DNA from: Candidatus Bipolaricaulota bacterium
Lineage (GTDB): Bacteria; Bipolaricaulota; Bipolaricaulia; UBA7950; UBA9294
Assembly (NCBI GenBank): GCA_018817505.1
Contig: JAHITR010000063.1
Coordinates: 1-58,980, forward strand
DNA length: 58,980 bases
Direction: 5' to 3'
Positions 37,729 to 47,011 of the stretch are shown here, one piece after another (position 1 is the first letter of the stretch; each line of letters starts with the position of its first letter). Under the pieces are notes generated by a model that saw only the letters and a list, made by a program, of their open reading frames with translations, was not told where the DNA came from and made no database searches. Both the position numbers and the translations under genes were made by a program.

Positions 37729-40700
37729 TCATTCACCTGCTGGCTCGATCAGCAGAGTTCTTCCGTCCGAACGTCCGAATACTTCAGGGAAGTAGAACTC
37801 CTGGGCCAGCGTGGGCAATACGCCGAATTCTCCTGGGACCACGGCACGAAGGCTATATTGGAACGTGTAGGTCCCTGATGGGAGATAGTCGGCAAACAAC
37901 ACGGCCTTCTCATCGCGGAATTCAGAACGGGAGTACCAACGCCACCACCACCAATAGAACCAGTTGGAGCCACTCGATGAGTCTCGGAACAATCCCGGTT
38001 CGGTCGCAGCGCGACTTGTGGTTGCCAGTGAAGGATCGATGGCTTCGCAGCCGGCTGGGAATGGATCCTCGACGACGACGTAATAGAGGTCATTCGGAGC
38101 AATGATCGTGAGACGAACTTGGATTTCCTCGCCGACAGAGATCGTGTCGATTTCAGGGCAGGGCTCGCCGATCGCACAGGATGCGGCGACATACTGTCTC
38201 TGAACGATAATGCCCCGCTGCAGCGCACCGACCTCCTCCACAGGGATGTAAGACGTAAGGTGGGCTGTGTAGTACAGCCGTCCCGTGCCCTCACCTCGTG
38301 CAACAGTCAATGTGTTGCTCGTCCCCGGCAAGAGATCATGAGCGCCAACCGAGAATTCAATCGGCTCAGTCTGCGCTGTGCCATCAGTCTGTCCCTCGAA
38401 TAGCTGAACGCCGTTGATGGCTGCCTCGAAACTGTAGGTCGGATTCAACTCGCCAGTCGCGACCATCCAATCGGTTAGTGAGATCAGAGCCCATGCGGTT
38501 TCTTGCGTCGTCTCCCAAATTCCGCCCGATCGTGCGACCATCAGCCAGCGAACGACATTGGGCAGCATCGGCTGATCGGGGTTCAGTCGAACCAAGGCAT
38601 CGAGGATGATGGCTGTCGATCGCGTGTCCGTGTTCATCGCCCACCAATCGTAAGTCGACTCCTCCCAGTGGATTCCCGTTGCGGAAATGATGGCCTGCGA
38701 ATAGAGATCCGAGAGAAGGGTGTCCACTGAAGAAGAACTGCCGTTGGAGAGCTGCAGAGTCAACGCCAGCCATGCGCGTGCATAATGGCTGAGCTTGCTT
38801 CGTACAGTGAACAGCTCACTGGCAGCATTGAGTGCATCAGTGTGCCGGTTTCCTTCAGAAAGCACATAGGCAATCCAGGCTTGGCGGTTGGCAATCACCG
38901 TTGATGTGAGGTTCTTGGGCGCGACCAACGAATTGGCGAGGAAGTCGAGGCCATTCTTGAGCGCATCTCGTTGAATCCCAAAATCAGCTTTCTGCGCCTG
39001 CAGCAAGGCATAAACAGCGTATGCAGACAGATAAGGATTCGATCTGTCGCCGTCCCACCATCCCCAGCCGCCATCGGCGTTCTGCCTTGCATAGAGCTTG
39101 TCAATTCCCTCAGTGACCAGGCTGGGAAGCTTGTCTGCCAACGCCTGGTTCTCGATGCCCAGTTCAACCAGGGCACGATAGGTGAGGACGTTGGGGAGGA
39201 ATCGACTGATCACCTGCTCGGTGCACTCGTACTCGAAGTGCTCGAGATAGTCGAGTCCCTGCTGCATAGCTGCAGCAAGAGACGTTTCCAAGCGAATCAA
39301 CAACTCGGAACGGTCCATATCAAGGCCAGGCAACAAGCCGATGATCTCCGTCCGGTTCCCAAAGCCATCCAGTTGACCGGCTGTCCCCACGATCTCAGGG
39401 GACGTGTACCTATAGACAAGCAACGTTCCATCTGGGCCTGTTGTCAATCGCGGACGTGCGGCATCGGACAAGTCCCCAGATTCGACGCTGAACGCGATGT
39501 CCACTGCATCGACATCTTGGACTGTTCCCCACCATACGACAGCCATCTCCCCTCGAGCGGGCACGGTCACTGTTTGGACGGCCCCTGTTTCAAGCGACAA
39601 ACCGGTTTGCGCAAGGGTGACTTCGGCGCTCAGGTCCTCATCCGTTTGGTTGGACACGTTGGCCAGAAGCTGCAATCGGTCACCGACCACGAAGAAACGC
39701 GGTGTGACGGGGCGGATGAGCAGCGGCTTGGTTACCAGCAGTTCTGAAGTGGATTCACCAACGTCCGTCTGGGTCGAGATCCCGACAGCACGGGCAACCC
39801 AGGTCGTCAGATTGTCGGGCAATTGGATGATCAGTCGAGCATAGCCCAGACTGTCCGTGGTCACAGAGCCGTCCCAAAATGCAGTATCCTCGAAATCTTC
39901 GCGAAGCGTGATGCCTTCGGGTAGTTGCGCTGCCGCACTTCGCATGACGGGATCGTGATCGGCGGCTCCAGCTTCTTCTGCCAGGGCAGTGGGCGCGAAC
40001 ACGGCGCCAACGCTCGTGTCATCTTGCTGTGCCTTGACGGCATCGAGCGTTTCGAGTTCTTCAAGCTGCTCAATGACCAAGCGATTGATGGAGAGAGTTA
40101 ATCCACTCGATGTGGACACACCTAGGCCGCGTCTTCCATAGAACGCATCAAGAATGGCGTTGGGCGTCCGCGGGCGAAGCGACAATACGGCAGCATCCAC
40201 CAAATCGAACGCAAGAGAACTGGGTAGCGGAAGGCCGTCGGCATCTGTGACCCATAGGTCATAGGCGATCTCAGTGCCGGGTAGCGATTGCTCGCTGGAT
40301 GGCACCATTTCGATGTGCAATGACTTGGGATCTCTTGACACAGTCAACGCTGCGTACCCGATCTTGGTTTCGGCAGCAGCGGTTGCACCATCGGCTGCCA
40401 ACGTGGCCGCCTCCAATCCCTGGAACAGCACAACACTGACGTAAATGTTGGGGATGTGCTCCAGCGTGATGGGGACCTCAATGACGGTACTGTTGGATTC
40501 CAGCAATCGGACATCACGGTAAAGGATGCCCCCTCGCTCAATGGTTAACAGTGCCCAGTGCGGCCCGGAATAGGGACTGGGCACAAGGATCTGCGCTGTC
40601 TCTCCAACTTCGTACTCGGTCTTGTCAGGAATCAATGTGATGCGATCATCATTGCTGCGTTGCCAAGAGACGCTTTCTGGGCCGCTTGCCCACAGAAACA

Positions 40701-43700
40701 GACTGGTGCGCGTTTCGTTCCCAGCGGCATCTGTTCCGATGGCAAGCACTTTGTAGGTTCCGCCCTCGGGCGGGGAGAATGAGAAGACGCCGACACCCTT
40801 TTCATCCGTTCGTAGCGTACCCGTCTCGACTTCGGTGTCATAGGTCTTCCAAGTCCAACGGCCACCCCCGGCTGCGTCCTGTTCGAAGGTGTTTTCCCAT
40901 TCCCTGTGGATGACTTGATATGTAAGATCCTGTGAGCCGATCCGCTCGCCAGCCCAATCGACGGTCACGACATCGATCGCCGTGTCGTCACCAGCCCGGG
41001 CGATCGATCGAGCCGTTGCCAGTCCGGCGTAGAAGGATGCTGCATGGACGATGATCGTGGATCTTCCAGAAATGACTTGGCCATCAGCCCCTCGCGTCGT
41101 GGCCTCAATCGTCAATGTCTGACTCCCGGATTGGACGTCCTTGACGCCGAAGACAAGGTTCGCGGGAAATTCAATCAGGAGGTTGCCATCGACATCTGTC
41201 GTACCTGAACCTTCCAGAACAGGCACGGAAGGTGTGGACGGCATCCACCAGCAGCTCCAGCAATCCCAGGGATCGTCCCGGTCTGAGAACGTATATCGAC
41301 TGAGGTGAGAAGGCGAGAAGTTGTAGGCTTCGGAGTAAATGCTCCATTCGACAGATTGTTGAGATACGGGCGCACCGAAGAAGTACTCGACTTGCACGTT
41401 TGTTCGTACAGTATCTCCTGCAACGTGTTGATCCTCATCTGGGGTGACCACGACCTGAAATTCGGGAGCGCGATAGGCAGCAACATCGAATGTGTCGGTG
41501 TGGTAGGAACGAGTGGTTTCAATTTCGATGCGATAGGTGCCAATGGCTGCATCGGTTTCTAGCTCAAACTGACCAGAGAACGTGCCGAATGCGTCGACGG
41601 CAAGCCGCCCCTCATAGATCAATGACCAATCTGAGTCTCTGACCGTCACCCCGACGGATTCGTCGCTTGGCAACGAGTAGAGGACATCTTGCTCATCTCG
41701 AAGGACGCCGCGGAAAGATACCGTTTGTCCGGGTCTGTAAATGGGACGATCGGTGTCGAGGAAGAGTCGCTCTTCAGAGCTTCCACCAGAGGAATAGCCG
41801 AAATTCCAAATAGATATTCCCGTCGTCCATTGCGAATTTCCCAGCGAGAACGGGACTGCGCTTGCTACAGTGATCCCTCGCCAATCATAGGCATCCGTGC
41901 CCGCGAAGATGGCGATACCATTTCCGTCTGTGACTGTTGCTTCCAGGGCATCTCCATCTGAATCATACGTTCGTAGAATTAGGCCGGGAATCGGGTCTCC
42001 CGTCAATAGATCGCAGGCCCACACAAGGGTTTCGGTGTCCGATGTCTTCATCGTGAGATTCAGCGGGCTGGCGATGAGCAGATGCCGATGCTGCCAACGA
42101 TTCCAGCTGACTCCTTGTGCATTTATGTCGATGAGATAAATGCCGGGCTCGAGTGACGCGCTATCAGTTAGTAGGTCGATGGGGGCATAACTCACTTTGT
42201 TGAGTTCGCCTGACAGGGACACTGTCCACTTGCGTACGAGAGCGTTCTTGGAGGGGGTGTAGTTGTACCAATCGTTGGTGGCCTTGAAGTACTCATCTAG
42301 GGAGAGGCGTGACAGCGTGAGCGCCACTGAATCAGTATTTCGGTAGGCAATGAATAGCTTGGCGGGCTCATAGGCATTGAAGGTGCCTGTTTGACCAGGA
42401 ACATGCAGCCAGGCCGTTGGATCAAGAGCGGCGGTTTGGAACCTAATTGTCATGGTTTGGTTCGTATGATTCCCGTATGGATCGGCAATATTGGGACCGA
42501 TCCGTACTTCGTAGGTCTGGCTCGGTCCTGAGTCGAACCAAAGCGCATAGGAATTGTCCCAAGAGCGGAAATATCCTGAGACTGTTCCAGGTTCAGGCTT
42601 AGGAAGGATGGTAAGGTTATCTAGAACCGTGTCTGGATCGATAGGGGTATTGAAGGTGATCTCAAGCGACGTATAGGGATAGACATCAGATGCACCGTTC
42701 CTTGGACTCACGGAAATGATCCTTGGAAGAGGGACTGTCTCGAAGCGAGACATGATGGCGTTTTCCATGCCCAAGCCCCCACTAGCACCGGTGACGCCGG
42801 GTTCTAGGGTGATGACATAGGTTCGTGAAAAATCCAATGGATCCCGAGGAGTGAAGGTGACGACGGCCTCGTTGATCGAGAACTCTCCGGGAATCGCCTC
42901 AGAAAACAGGCTGCCGAACAGGCCAGTTGTTCGAAGAACGAATCGCTCCCTGACGCTTTCCAAGGAAACAGGCATGTTGAATGCGAGAACAATGGACGTA
43001 TCAATTGGGACGAGGTCGGCGCTGGTTCGCGGGGACACCCAGACGATGTCAGGTCTCAGCGTCGAGAATCGCCAAACCACGTCTTCTGCGAGCAATCCAC
43101 CGGTAGTGTCTGTGAGTCCGCGTGGCACTGTGACCGTGTATTCGGTGCCGCCTCTGAGGGGGACGGTCGGTGTGAACACGTACATGGACGTGTTCACCCA
43201 CTCTCCGACGCCTGACACTGCGGGCTCGATGATGAGCGGCTGGGGGAGGTTGCTCCGATTGGGATCCGTCAATGTAAGGAGAGGAATCACCGGCCGATTG
43301 AACATGACAAAAATATCGCTATCGACGGCGATCTCTTCGGAATGGTTGACTGGCAGAATCTGAGAAACGTTCAGGAAGCCGACGGTTCGGAATTGAAACG
43401 CAAAGCCCTCTTCAAGAGGTTCCTGCAATGAGGAGGCGGCTTGCTGGGACAACGAAACGGTGTAGACCGTATCACGGACCCATTCGGAATGGGCCACGAA
43501 TCGTAGTGTGCGCTCAGTTGGCCATTCAAAGGAACCCTCGATATCAGGAGTGATTCCCCAGGCCGCTTCAACAGACACCTGATCCATGGCACGGTCGAAG
43601 AGAATCTCCACGACACCGTCGACCAGGAGATCTTCGCCCCTTGTCGGCGAGTGCTGGAGGATGCTCGGGCCACCGAGTGCTCCGGCGGAAATCGCCATGA

Positions 43701-43764
43701 AGACAGAAAATACGAGAGCAATTCCGTACCAACGTCTAGTAGTGCCGCAATTGACTTGACTCAT
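37729..43764 (-). CDS. Bacterial alpha-2-macroglobulin family protein with N-terminal SbsA/Big_5 Ig-like domains
   Basis: TDRPIYRPGQTV, LPDNLTTW, thioester YECTEQ, QNADGGWGWW, WETTQE, FYFPEVFGRS. Confidence 0.93.
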   Translation of the reverse strand: MSQVNCGTTRRWYGIALVFSVFMAISAGALGGPSILQHSPTRGEDLLVDGVVEILFDRAMDQVSVEAAWGITPDIEGSFEWPTERTLRFVAHSEWVRDTVYTVSLSQQAASSLQEPLEEGFAFQFRTVGFLNVSQILPVNHSEEIAVDSDIFVMFNRPVIPLLTLTDPNRSNLPQPLIIEPAVSGVGEWVNTSMYVFTPTVPLRGGTEYTVTVPRGLTDTTGGLLAEDVVWRFSTLRPDIVWVSPRTSADLVPIDTSIVLAFNMPVSLESVRERFVLRTTGLFGSLFSEAIPGEFSINEAVVTFTPRDPLDFSRTYVITLEPGVTGASGGLGMENAIMSRFETVPLPRIISVSPRNGASDVYPYTSLEITFNTPIDPDTVLDNLTILPKPEPGTVSGYFRSWDNSYALWFDSGPSQTYEVRIGPNIADPYGNHTNQTMTIRFQTAALDPTAWLHVPGQTGTFNAYEPAKLFIAYRNTDSVALTLSRLSLDEYFKATNDWYNYTPSKNALVRKWTVSLSGELNKVSYAPIDLLTDSASLEPGIYLIDINAQGVSWNRWQHRHLLIASPLNLTMKTSDTETLVWACDLLTGDPIPGLILRTYDSDGDALEATVTDGNGIAIFAGTDAYDWRGITVASAVPFSLGNSQWTTGISIWNFGYSSGGSSEERLFLDTDRPIYRPGQTVSFRGVLRDEQDVLYSLPSDESVGVTVRDSDWSLIYEGRLAVDAFGTFSGQFELETDAAIGTYRIEIETTRSYHTDTFDVAAYRAPEFQVVVTPDEDQHVAGDTVRTNVQVEYFFGAPVSQQSVEWSIYSEAYNFSPSHLSRYTFSDRDDPWDCWSCWWMPSTPSVPVLEGSGTTDVDGNLLIEFPANLVFGVKDVQSGSQTLTIEATTRGADGQVISGRSTIIVHAASFYAGLATARSIARAGDDTAIDVVTVDWAGERIGSQDLTYQVIHREWENTFEQDAAGGGRWTWKTYDTEVETGTLRTDEKGVGVFSFSPPEGGTYKVLAIGTDAAGNETRTSLFLWASGPESVSWQRSNDDRITLIPDKTEYEVGETAQILVPSPYSGPHWALLTIERGGILYRDVRLLESNSTVIEVPITLEHIPNIYVSVVLFQGLEAATLAADGATAAAETKIGYAALTVSRDPKSLHIEMVPSSEQSLPGTEIAYDLWVTDADGLPLPSSLAFDLVDAAVLSLRPRTPNAILDAFYGRRGLGVSTSSGLTLSINRLVIEQLEELETLDAVKAQQDDTSVGAVFAPTALAEEAGAADHDPVMRSAAAQLPEGITLREDFEDTAFWDGSVTTDSLGYARLIIQLPDNLTTWVARAVGISTQTDVGESTSELLVTKPLLIRPVTPRFFVVGDRLQLLANVSNQTDEDLSAEVTLAQTGLSLETGAVQTVTVPARGEMAVVWWGTVQDVDAVDIAFSVESGDLSDAARPRLTTGPDGTLLVYRYTSPEIVGTAGQLDGFGNRTEIIGLLPGLDMDRSELLIRLETSLAAAMQQGLDYLEHFEYECTEQVISRFLPNVLTYRALVELGIENQALADKLPSLVTEGIDKLYARQNADGGWGWWDGDRSNPYLSAYAVYALLQAQKADFGIQRDALKNGLDFLANSLVAPKNLTSTVIANRQAWIAYVLSEGNRHTDALNAASELFTVRSKLSHYARAWLALTLQLSNGSSSSVDTLLSDLYSQAIISATGIHWEESTYDWWAMNTDTRSTAIILDALVRLNPDQPMLPNVVRWLMVARSGGIWETTQETAWALISLTDWMVATGELNPTYSFEAAINGVQLFEGQTDGTAQTEPIEFSVGAHDLLPGTSNTLTVARGEGTGRLYYTAHLTSYIPVEEVGALQRGIIVQRQYVAASCAIGEPCPEIDTISVGEEIQVRLTIIAPNDLYYVVVEDPFPAGCEAIDPSLATTSRAATEPGLFRDSSSGSNWFYWWWWRWYSRSEFRDEKAVLFADYLPSGTYTFQYSLRAVVPGEFGVLPTLAQEFYFPEVFGRSDGRTLLIEPAGE

Positions 43765-44136
43765 GATGATCCTCCCCAGAATCGAACCTCAAGCACATGT
43801 CCCACACTGATAGGTGGAACTGTCGGTAAATGCAAATCGAACGAGTCCCCCAATCAAACACCTGGACAAGCAGTGAGTTTCACCCAGTGGCTCACATCGT
43901 GCGAGAGGGATTCGTGAGCAAAATCAATTCTAGGGGGATTTTCGAGCGATCTGAAGGTGGCTCATGCGAGATGTCTAGACTGCGAAGAAAGGTGGAACAA
44001 TTAGTTCGTAGGTCATTGACAAGTGAACCGAGGTGAAACGGAGGCAGCGCCCTCAAACGGGGCAGCTTCCGACCACAAGATGGATTTAAAGATTGCGGTG
44101 GACGGTCCATCGCATGGTTTCAATTCCTCAGAGAAG

Positions 44137-44354
44137 GTATCTACTAAAGGCAAACCGATCGAAAGGTCGGGACGCAAAGCTACGGACCTTAAAGACCAGA
44201 GCTCATCGTCTGAGTTCTCATGCAAGGGCAAACCCGGGGTGACCCGGGGACGCAAAGCTACGGATCTTTCGAGCGCATTGCGCTCGCGAATGCGAAGCAT
44301 TCGATAGACAGCCGAGTTGCCGCAGCGTCTGATGGTGGCCGAGTCGCTAGATGC
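44137..44354 (+). ncRNA. c-di-GMP-I (GEMM) riboswitch, outer aptamer whose P3 loop encloses a second aptamer
   Basis: GGCAAA-CCGATC-GAAA-GGTCGG-GACGCAAAGCTACGGACC ... ATGGTGGCCGAGTCGC; P1 GTATCTA(44137-43)/TAGATGC(44348-54). Confidence 0.8.
44221..44325 (+). ncRNA. c-di-GMP-I (GEMM) riboswitch, inner aptamer
   Basis: GGGCAAA-CCCGGG-GTGA-CCCGGG-GACGCAAAGCTACGGATCT ... AGACAGCCGAGTTGCCG. Confidence 0.85.
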
Positions 44355-44383
44355 ACTCAACAACCACTTCAGGAGGTGCTTTC

Positions 44384-44857
44384 ATGAGGACGCTTAAAGG
44401 TTTCGGTATTGTGATGTTGGTGGCAGTTTTGGTCGTAGGGATTGCGGTCATGGTTTCTGCGAAAAACGGCACAGAAGCAGCGGTTTCAGTTAATGCTTCG
44501 TTCTCGATTCCGTCTTGGATCTCCTTGTCGGCTGTTGGGAATGGCAACGTCAGCTTCTCAGATATTGCTGGTCCCGGATCCTATGCCGCTTCCAATGGAA
44601 CGCGGCTTCAGGTTCTCAGCACAACGAGCTGGACGATCTCCGGCGAGATTCTTTGGTCTGAATCGAAAATGCCTGAAGGCGCAAGTCAGCAGACGATCGA
44701 CAATGCGCTTGAGCGCTCCTATGACAAGACGTCGGGTAGCTGGGGAATCCACACGGTGAACGTTTCGTATCAGTTCAACGTTGAAGTCGACGACATGGCC
44801 AATATGCCTGAAGGCGACTACAGCCTGGTCATCCAGTACACGGCAACCACGGACTAG
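44384..44857 (+). CDS. Small secreted beta-rich protein, fimbrial/pilin-subunit-like
   Basis: SD AGGAGG; Sec signal; N-terminal alternating strand AAVSVNASFSIP; C-terminal GDYSLVIQYTAT. Confidence 0.65.
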   Translation: MRTLKGFGIVMLVAVLVVGIAVMVSAKNGTEAAVSVNASFSIPSWISLSAVGNGNVSFSDIAGPGSYAASNGTRLQVLSTTSWTISGEILWSESKMPEGASQQTIDNALERSYDKTSGSWGIHTVNVSYQFNVEVDDMANMPEGDYSLVIQYTATTD

Positions 44858-44889
44858 CAATAACTCACGAATCTACCGGTGTAGCTATG

Positions 44890-44913
44890 GTGGGGGCGAT
44901 TTATCGCCCCCAC
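44890..44913 (+). terminator. Stem-loop after the pilin-like gene
   Basis: GTGGGGGCGAT-TT-ATCGCCCCCAC; weak U tract. Confidence 0.55.
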
Positions 44914-45096
44914 GCCCATTATCCTCGGTTCATGCCATAACGGCTCCAGGAACTCTGGAGTCCTTTTTGTTTGCCTTCTTGGCAGTCGATTCTTCGTTTG
45001 CATGCGTTCTCTGTTCCCCGTGTGCTCGCGGGAATTTCAGTAGGCCTGTTGTGAAGGCATCGAGTCTTCACGAAAAAAACACATCTGACGGGTTCC

Positions 45097-45420
45097 ATGG
45101 CTTCGACCATGAATACACTCAGGCCTGAACCGAAGAAATCTACTCTAGGACAGTTTCGGCCTGAAAAACCGATGCGCGGTCCATGGATCGGCTATCTGGC
45201 GATGAGCTGCGTGATTGGATCGTTCATCCTGAACAGCCTATTGGGCTGGGTCGCCGGAGTGCTTGTCGCAGGATGCGCTGTGATTTTGGGAAAGATGGGA
45301 TTGGACTCGAAGGGGCGAGGCTTGTCGGTGATTGCCATGCTTCTTGGCGTGGTTCTCATTGGTGTTTTGCTGACGGTTCTTCTCATCGGACAGGAGAACA
45401 TCGGAATGAGTCCAACGTAG
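45097..45420 (+). CDS. Small membrane protein (DUF4190-like)
   Basis: Three hydrophobic segments; AVILGKMGL..KGRGLSVIAMLLG. Confidence 0.6.
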   Translation: MASTMNTLRPEPKKSTLGQFRPEKPMRGPWIGYLAMSCVIGSFILNSLLGWVAGVLVAGCAVILGKMGLDSKGRGLSVIAMLLGVVLIGVLLTVLLIGQENIGMSPT

Positions 45421-45718
45421 TCTCGTACGCTGTTCTAGCGATGAGCGAACGGCCAAGCCGATGTCGACAAGTCTGCATTATTGTCTGGAGTTAGCGGTAC
45501 AGAATCAGGCTCGCAAGATTCACATGCGCTCTTCACAAATCCAACACATCTGCGGATTATCGTCTTTTTACTGCGAGCTCATAACCTCGCACCCCCGATA
45601 CCAGCCCTCCGGGGAGAGGGGCAATCCCCCTCTCCCTTGGCCTCTTGTACGGACAGGTTTCCAAGACCCAGTTCTCTCGAATCGAGTACAATACGTCCTT
45701 AAGCATGATCGAGGGGGA

Positions 45719-47011
45719 ATGATGATTCGAGTACGCTTTGCACCCAGCCCAACCGGGTATCTTCATGTCGGCGGAGCCCGCACGGCGCTGTTCAATTGGC
45801 TGTTTGCACGCCATAACCACGGAACCTTCATCCTACGGATTGAAGACACGGACAAGGAACGTTCCACAGATGAATCGATCGAAGAAATTCTTGAATCGAT
45901 GCGGTGGCTTGGATTGGATTGGGATGAATACTATCGGCAGACGGATCGAACAGATGCTCATTTGCTTGCGGCGCAAGACTTGATGGACCGAGGCCTCGTC
46001 TATGAATCGGATGGCGCTTGGTGGTTTCGAGTTCCCACAGAAGGCAATACGATCGTGCATGATGACCTGCTTGGCGACGTCACATTCCCCAATGATTTGC
46101 TGAAGGATTTCGTCATTCGCCGGTCTGATGGCAGTTTCATTTATCACTTCGTGGTTGTCGTTGATGACGCAGACATGGAAGTCACGCACGTGATTCGTGG
46201 TGATGATCACTTGAACAATACACCCAAACACGTGTTGCTGTTTGAGGCGCTTGGGCGAACCGTGCCACGGTTTGTTCATCTACCCATGATCCTCGGTTCA
46301 GACCGTACAAGACTATCCAAGCGACATGGCGACACAGCAACGCTAGAGTATCGTGATCGAGGGTTCCTCCCTGAGGCGATGGTAAATTTCCTGGCTCGTT
46401 TGGGATGGTCTCACGGCGATGCTGAGGTGTTCGATCGAGCATCGCTGGTCGAACTGTTCTCAATTGATGAGGTGAACAAGTCGGGCGCCATTTTTGAGGA
46501 CACCAAACTCATGTGGCTCAATCAACAACATATGAAGCTGGCTGACTTGGATCGTTTGCTTGGCCTCGTTCGGCCGATGGTTCTTGAATTGAATCGAGTG
46601 ACAGCTCAGATGTGGGATGCCGTCGATCCAGGCCATCTACGGACGGGAGCACATCTATTCCGCGATCGCTGCAAAACGCTACGCGATCTTGCCTCAGCCA
46701 TGGAATTGCTGTTCCCTGTCCCCTTGATTCCCGAGGACGAGTTCCGGGTGAACGCGACGCAGGCTCCACTGATGATGTCTGTGGCCAACGCGCTCGCATT
46801 GACAAAGCCGTTCACACCTGAAGACATCGAGCAGGATGTACGTGCTGCCTTGGAAGCGAATCAAGCCACGCTCAAAGATGTCGCGTTGGTGTCTCGATTG
46901 GCAGTCACTGGGCGCAAGGCAGGACCCGGTCTGTTTGAGAGTTTTGCCTGCGTGGGGCGCGAGCTGGTCGTTGAGCGTCTGCGTGATGCGGCTCAGAGCG
47001 TTCTCGAATGA
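45719..47011 (+). CDS. gltX: Glutamate--tRNA ligase (short form)
   Basis: RVRFAPSPTGYLHVGG, LRIEDTD, THVIRGDDH, RLSKRHG; SD GAGGGG. Confidence 0.95.
   Translation: MMIRVRFAPSPTGYLHVGGARTALFNWLFARHNHGTFILRIEDTDKERSTDESIEEILESMRWLGLDWDEYYRQTDRTDAHLLAAQDLMDRGLVYESDGAWWFRVPTEGNTIVHDDLLGDVTFPNDLLKDFVIRRSDGSFIYHFVVVVDDADMEVTHVIRGDDHLNNTPKHVLLFEALGRTVPRFVHLPMILGSDRTRLSKRHGDTATLEYRDRGFLPEAMVNFLARLGWSHGDAEVFDRASLVELFSIDEVNKSGAIFEDTKLMWLNQQHMKLADLDRLLGLVRPMVLELNRVTAQMWDAVDPGHLRTGAHLFRDRCKTLRDLASAMELLFPVPLIPEDEFRVNATQAPLMMSVANALALTKPFTPEDIEQDVRAALEANQATLKDVALVSRLAVTGRKAGPGLFESFACVGRELVVERLRDAAQSVLE

Noticed and set aside
44137-44354. Ordinary tandem riboswitches or cGAMP (GEMM-Ib) specificity
   Set aside because: No 3' half lies between the two 5' halves, and both aptamers have G rather than A at position 20.
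45612-45636. GGGAGAGGGG/CCCCTCTCCC hairpin as a REP or mobile-element end
   Set aside because: Single copy in the window with no associated transposase; could be a simple terminator-like stem.
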